64,000 nt of DNA from Moniliella sp. 'wahieum' (Eukaryota). Both the position numbers and the translations under genes were made by a program. Below, piece after piece: positions 61,272-64,000 of this stretch (positions are counted from its first letter, which is position 1; each line of letters starts with the position of its first letter). The stretch is taken from assembly GCA_003971905.1 (NCBI GenBank), contig RSEE01000002.1, positions 1 to 64,000 on the forward strand. The letters are read 5' to 3'. A model generated the notes under the pieces. It did no database searches. It saw only the letters and a program-made list of their open reading frames with translations, and was not told the origin of the DNA.

Positions 61272-64000
61272 TCACACCTCCAGCAGCCGCTCAATCGTGG
61301 CGATATGCTTGGGAGGATGGTCCGGTTGGAGGGGGACGCGAGCGCGGGCGCGCGGATACGCATGTGGATGTGGATGTGCATGTGGATGTGCATGCGGGGC
61401 GAGCGGCAAGCCCTGTGGCTGGGGCAGCGGCGGTGCACTGCGCGGGCTGGCCATGGCCGTGGCAAGGGCAGGGGCAGTGGCAGTGGCAGGGGCAGCCGGG
61501 ACCGGAGCGAGGGCTGGGCTGGCGTGCGCATGGGTCCGAGCGCGGGCGACATGGTCAAAGGAGCTGGGACGAGGAGGAGGAAGAGGAGGAAGCGTGTAGG
61601 GCCGCGGCGGCGGCCTGGGCAAAGCTTGCGGTCCCGCCTGGTCCGACGGGAGGCGGGCCAGGCACGCTGTGGCCCAATAGGGGCGATGGGCGTGGGATGC
61701 CAGTTCGCGCGCCGAGGAGGCAAGGTGGGGCGCAGGTGCAAGTGCAAGGGCGGGCAAGGGCAGGGGCAAGTGCAGGGGCAGGGGCAGGGGCACGTAGTGC
61801 CGGGCGCAACACGTGCGCCAACTGCGCCTTTTCCCCCGCGTCGACGAGGTTGAGCACGCGCTGCAGCACATAGTTGGCGTATTGGTCGTGCAGGAGCAAG
61901 ACTACCGTTGCTTGTTCGGTTGGTCCCGCCGTCTTGTCTGCCGCTAAGGGGGCCAACAAGAATTCCAGAATCAAACGGAAGAAGGCGCCGGGCGCCACGT
62001 CGGGCCCAGCCGCAGTAAGCACAGCGGAAGCGGGCGTGTGGGTCTTGGCGGTGGAGACTACGTACTCGAGCACGTTGGACGCGAATTTGTGCCGGGCCAG
62101 ACGCACAAAGCGGTCCGGTCCGCCGGTCTCATGGGACAATGGATCGGGCGACGACGCCGGGTCCAGCACCAGCCGCAGCACTGTCTCATGATCCGCCATG
62201 ATGACCGCTGCTTCCTGCTTGTCCACAGCGGCACTGTCCTTCCCACGCGAAGGGAGCGAGTGAGGCGAGGTGCGTTGGAGCAGCCACTGCACCACATAGT
62301 TCCCATACGCGTCTTGCATCAACGTGAGTGCGTTCTCGCGTACTTCGTCCACTAGCGCACGTGTCGTGGCCGAGGGCAGGCGTTCGAACAGACGCTGCAG
62401 CACGCGGCATGCATAAGCGTGCGTCGCGAGCACATGAACCCGAGTCAAGAACGCTTGGACCAACGTCGTCAAAGCTGCATCGGCCTCGGCACAAGGCGCA
62501 ACCACGCCATCGGCCGAGTCGATCGACGGGGCCAAGACGGCGACAAACTTTTGCAGCACGTGGTTCGCGTTTTGGTCGGTTGCCAAGGTGCGCACATGAT
62601 CTTCCGTCGTCTGTGCACCCAGAGAGGAGGCCAACAACAGGCGAACGGCCAAGGAAGCTGCCTGGGGCCGGGTTACATAGTCCAGCGCACGCTGCAGGAC
62701 ACGGCAGGCGTAGGTGTGCCGCGCGATGGAGGACAGATCTCCATTCGAAGGGTCCTCCTCCTCTCCCTCGGCCGGTTCCTTCTCTTTCCCTTCACTGGAG
62801 GTAAGGAAGCCAAGCGCGACAAGCAAGCTCGTCCGCTGTTCCAAACTCTCCGTGCTCGAGAAGCTTTTGAATTACCTACAGGCCAGAATGAAAAAAGGGT
62901 CAGTGGGAATGAAAGAATGCGGACACCAGTGTTGGGAGATCGGCCAAAGGGACCTACATAATTCCAAACACATCATGCATCAGCTTCTTGGCCTGCGGCA
63001 ACACCTCTGCCAAGATGATCGATCGCGCATCCTCGCCTTCGTCCGGTGCTGTGAGTGGGTTGGAAGCGCCGCGGTCCAACGCATCTTGCAGCCGGCGGGA
63101 GCCCAGCTGGTCCTGAGCCATCCGTACCACCTCCCCCTTGAACTGGTCCGGGCGACGGACTCCAGCCGCTCGGGCTGGGTGGGTGGAGGCAGTACGTGGG
63201 AGGGACCATGGTGCGACGCCAAGGGCGTGGGTGCGGGTGGGCTGGAGGATAACCCGGTGGAGCGGCACCAAGAGGAACACCACCAAAGGGAACGAGGGGG
63301 GCTGCCATCGGCGGCCAACCCGCGGGTCCGCCGGAGCGAGAGTGGCGATGCCGACGCCCCGGGGTTCCTTGGTTGTTGGCCCCTTGGCCTTGGCCTTGAC
63401 CTTGGCCTTGGCTTTGGCCGCCCTGCCTAGGCGCATCAATGCCCCAATTGGCGGAGGCCGGGTCCCGGACAATGGGAGCCCAGGGGGGAGGCGGTGGGTG
63501 CGGGAAAGGGTGCGGGTGGTCATTGGTGGAGGGATTTCGGTTGTGGCCGCCAGGGGGACCGCTGGGGACGGGCATGGGTTGTGGGGCAGCACCGGGGGCG
63601 GTGGGAGGCAGGTTGGCCATGACAGGGCCTGGGGACCAAGCGGTTGGATCGGGGTAGGTGGGCACAGCAGGCCATTGCCACGCCCACCATTGTGCTGGGG
63701 GTTGGGGAGAGTAGGGAACGGCGTCGTCACTGGTGGGGGAGCCGATAAGGGGGGAGAGAAGAGCCAGGGGCGGGGGCCAGTAGAGTTCGTTCCCTTCCGA
63801 ACGAGGCGAGCGCGGCCGTGTGGGGTCGGACTGGTCCAGCTGCAGCGCAGGCGGGGCGGCGGGCTCATGGGATACGGGTACATGTTCAATCCGTACCCCA
63901 TCGGAAGCGGCACGACAGGGGTGGAGAGGGTGATGCTCTGGCGCGAACGGCGGCTGGCACGGCGTGGGTGTCGGCCAAACGCGCCAGGCGGGTTGGGACC
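61272..64000 (-). CDS. PUF3: Pumilio/PUF RNA-binding protein (Puf3-like), 5' end probably beyond the window; intron ~62877-62957
   Basis: Eight Puf repeats: QDQLGSRRLQ, HDVFGNY/VIQK, HTYACRVLQ, DQNANHVLQ, HAYACRVLQ, DAYGNYVVQ, HKFASNVLE, DQYANYVLQ. Confidence 0.85.

Overview
Fungal genomic window, most likely a basidiomycete and possibly smut-related (GTACGT/GTGCGT...CTRAC...YAG introns, PPZ1, MIM2, smut-like 5.8S start). It covers the end of an rDNA unit and the single-copy region next to it. Bases 1-9.4 kb are one rDNA unit (partial 18S, very short ITS1/ITS2, 5.8S, 28S). The 28S gene is interrupted by an apparently full-length ~4.05-kb non-LTR retrotransposon with CRE-clade RT and restriction-like endonuclease motifs and two N-terminal gag-type CCHC knuckles. 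It is inserted in the rRNA sense orientation and flanked by a ~225-bp direct duplication of 28S running from the peptidyl-transferase GGGATAAC motif to the end of the sarcin-ricin helix. Bases 10-27 kb contain decayed, segmentally duplicated copies of a sister element. Its 5' and 3' ends both abut a different 28S segment (starting at 4093) that begins at the arthropod R1 target sequence. Together these point to a fungal family of rDNA-targeting CRE-like retroelements with long target duplications and at least two target sites. Two degenerate 5S rRNA copies lie at ~29 kb. Bases 32-64 kb hold ordinary genes: alpha/beta hydrolase, RLP24, FAD-binding dehydrogenase, SSC1, ACB1, a CCT5 pseudogene, tRNA-Glu, PLP1, YEA4-like transporter, RPN12, a SAP-domain protein, MIM2, PPZ1 and a Pumilio/PUF3-like gene. 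Single-base indels in essential genes and RNAs suggest an error-prone assembly, so frameshifts alone are not evidence of pseudogenisation. All alignments were done by eye.
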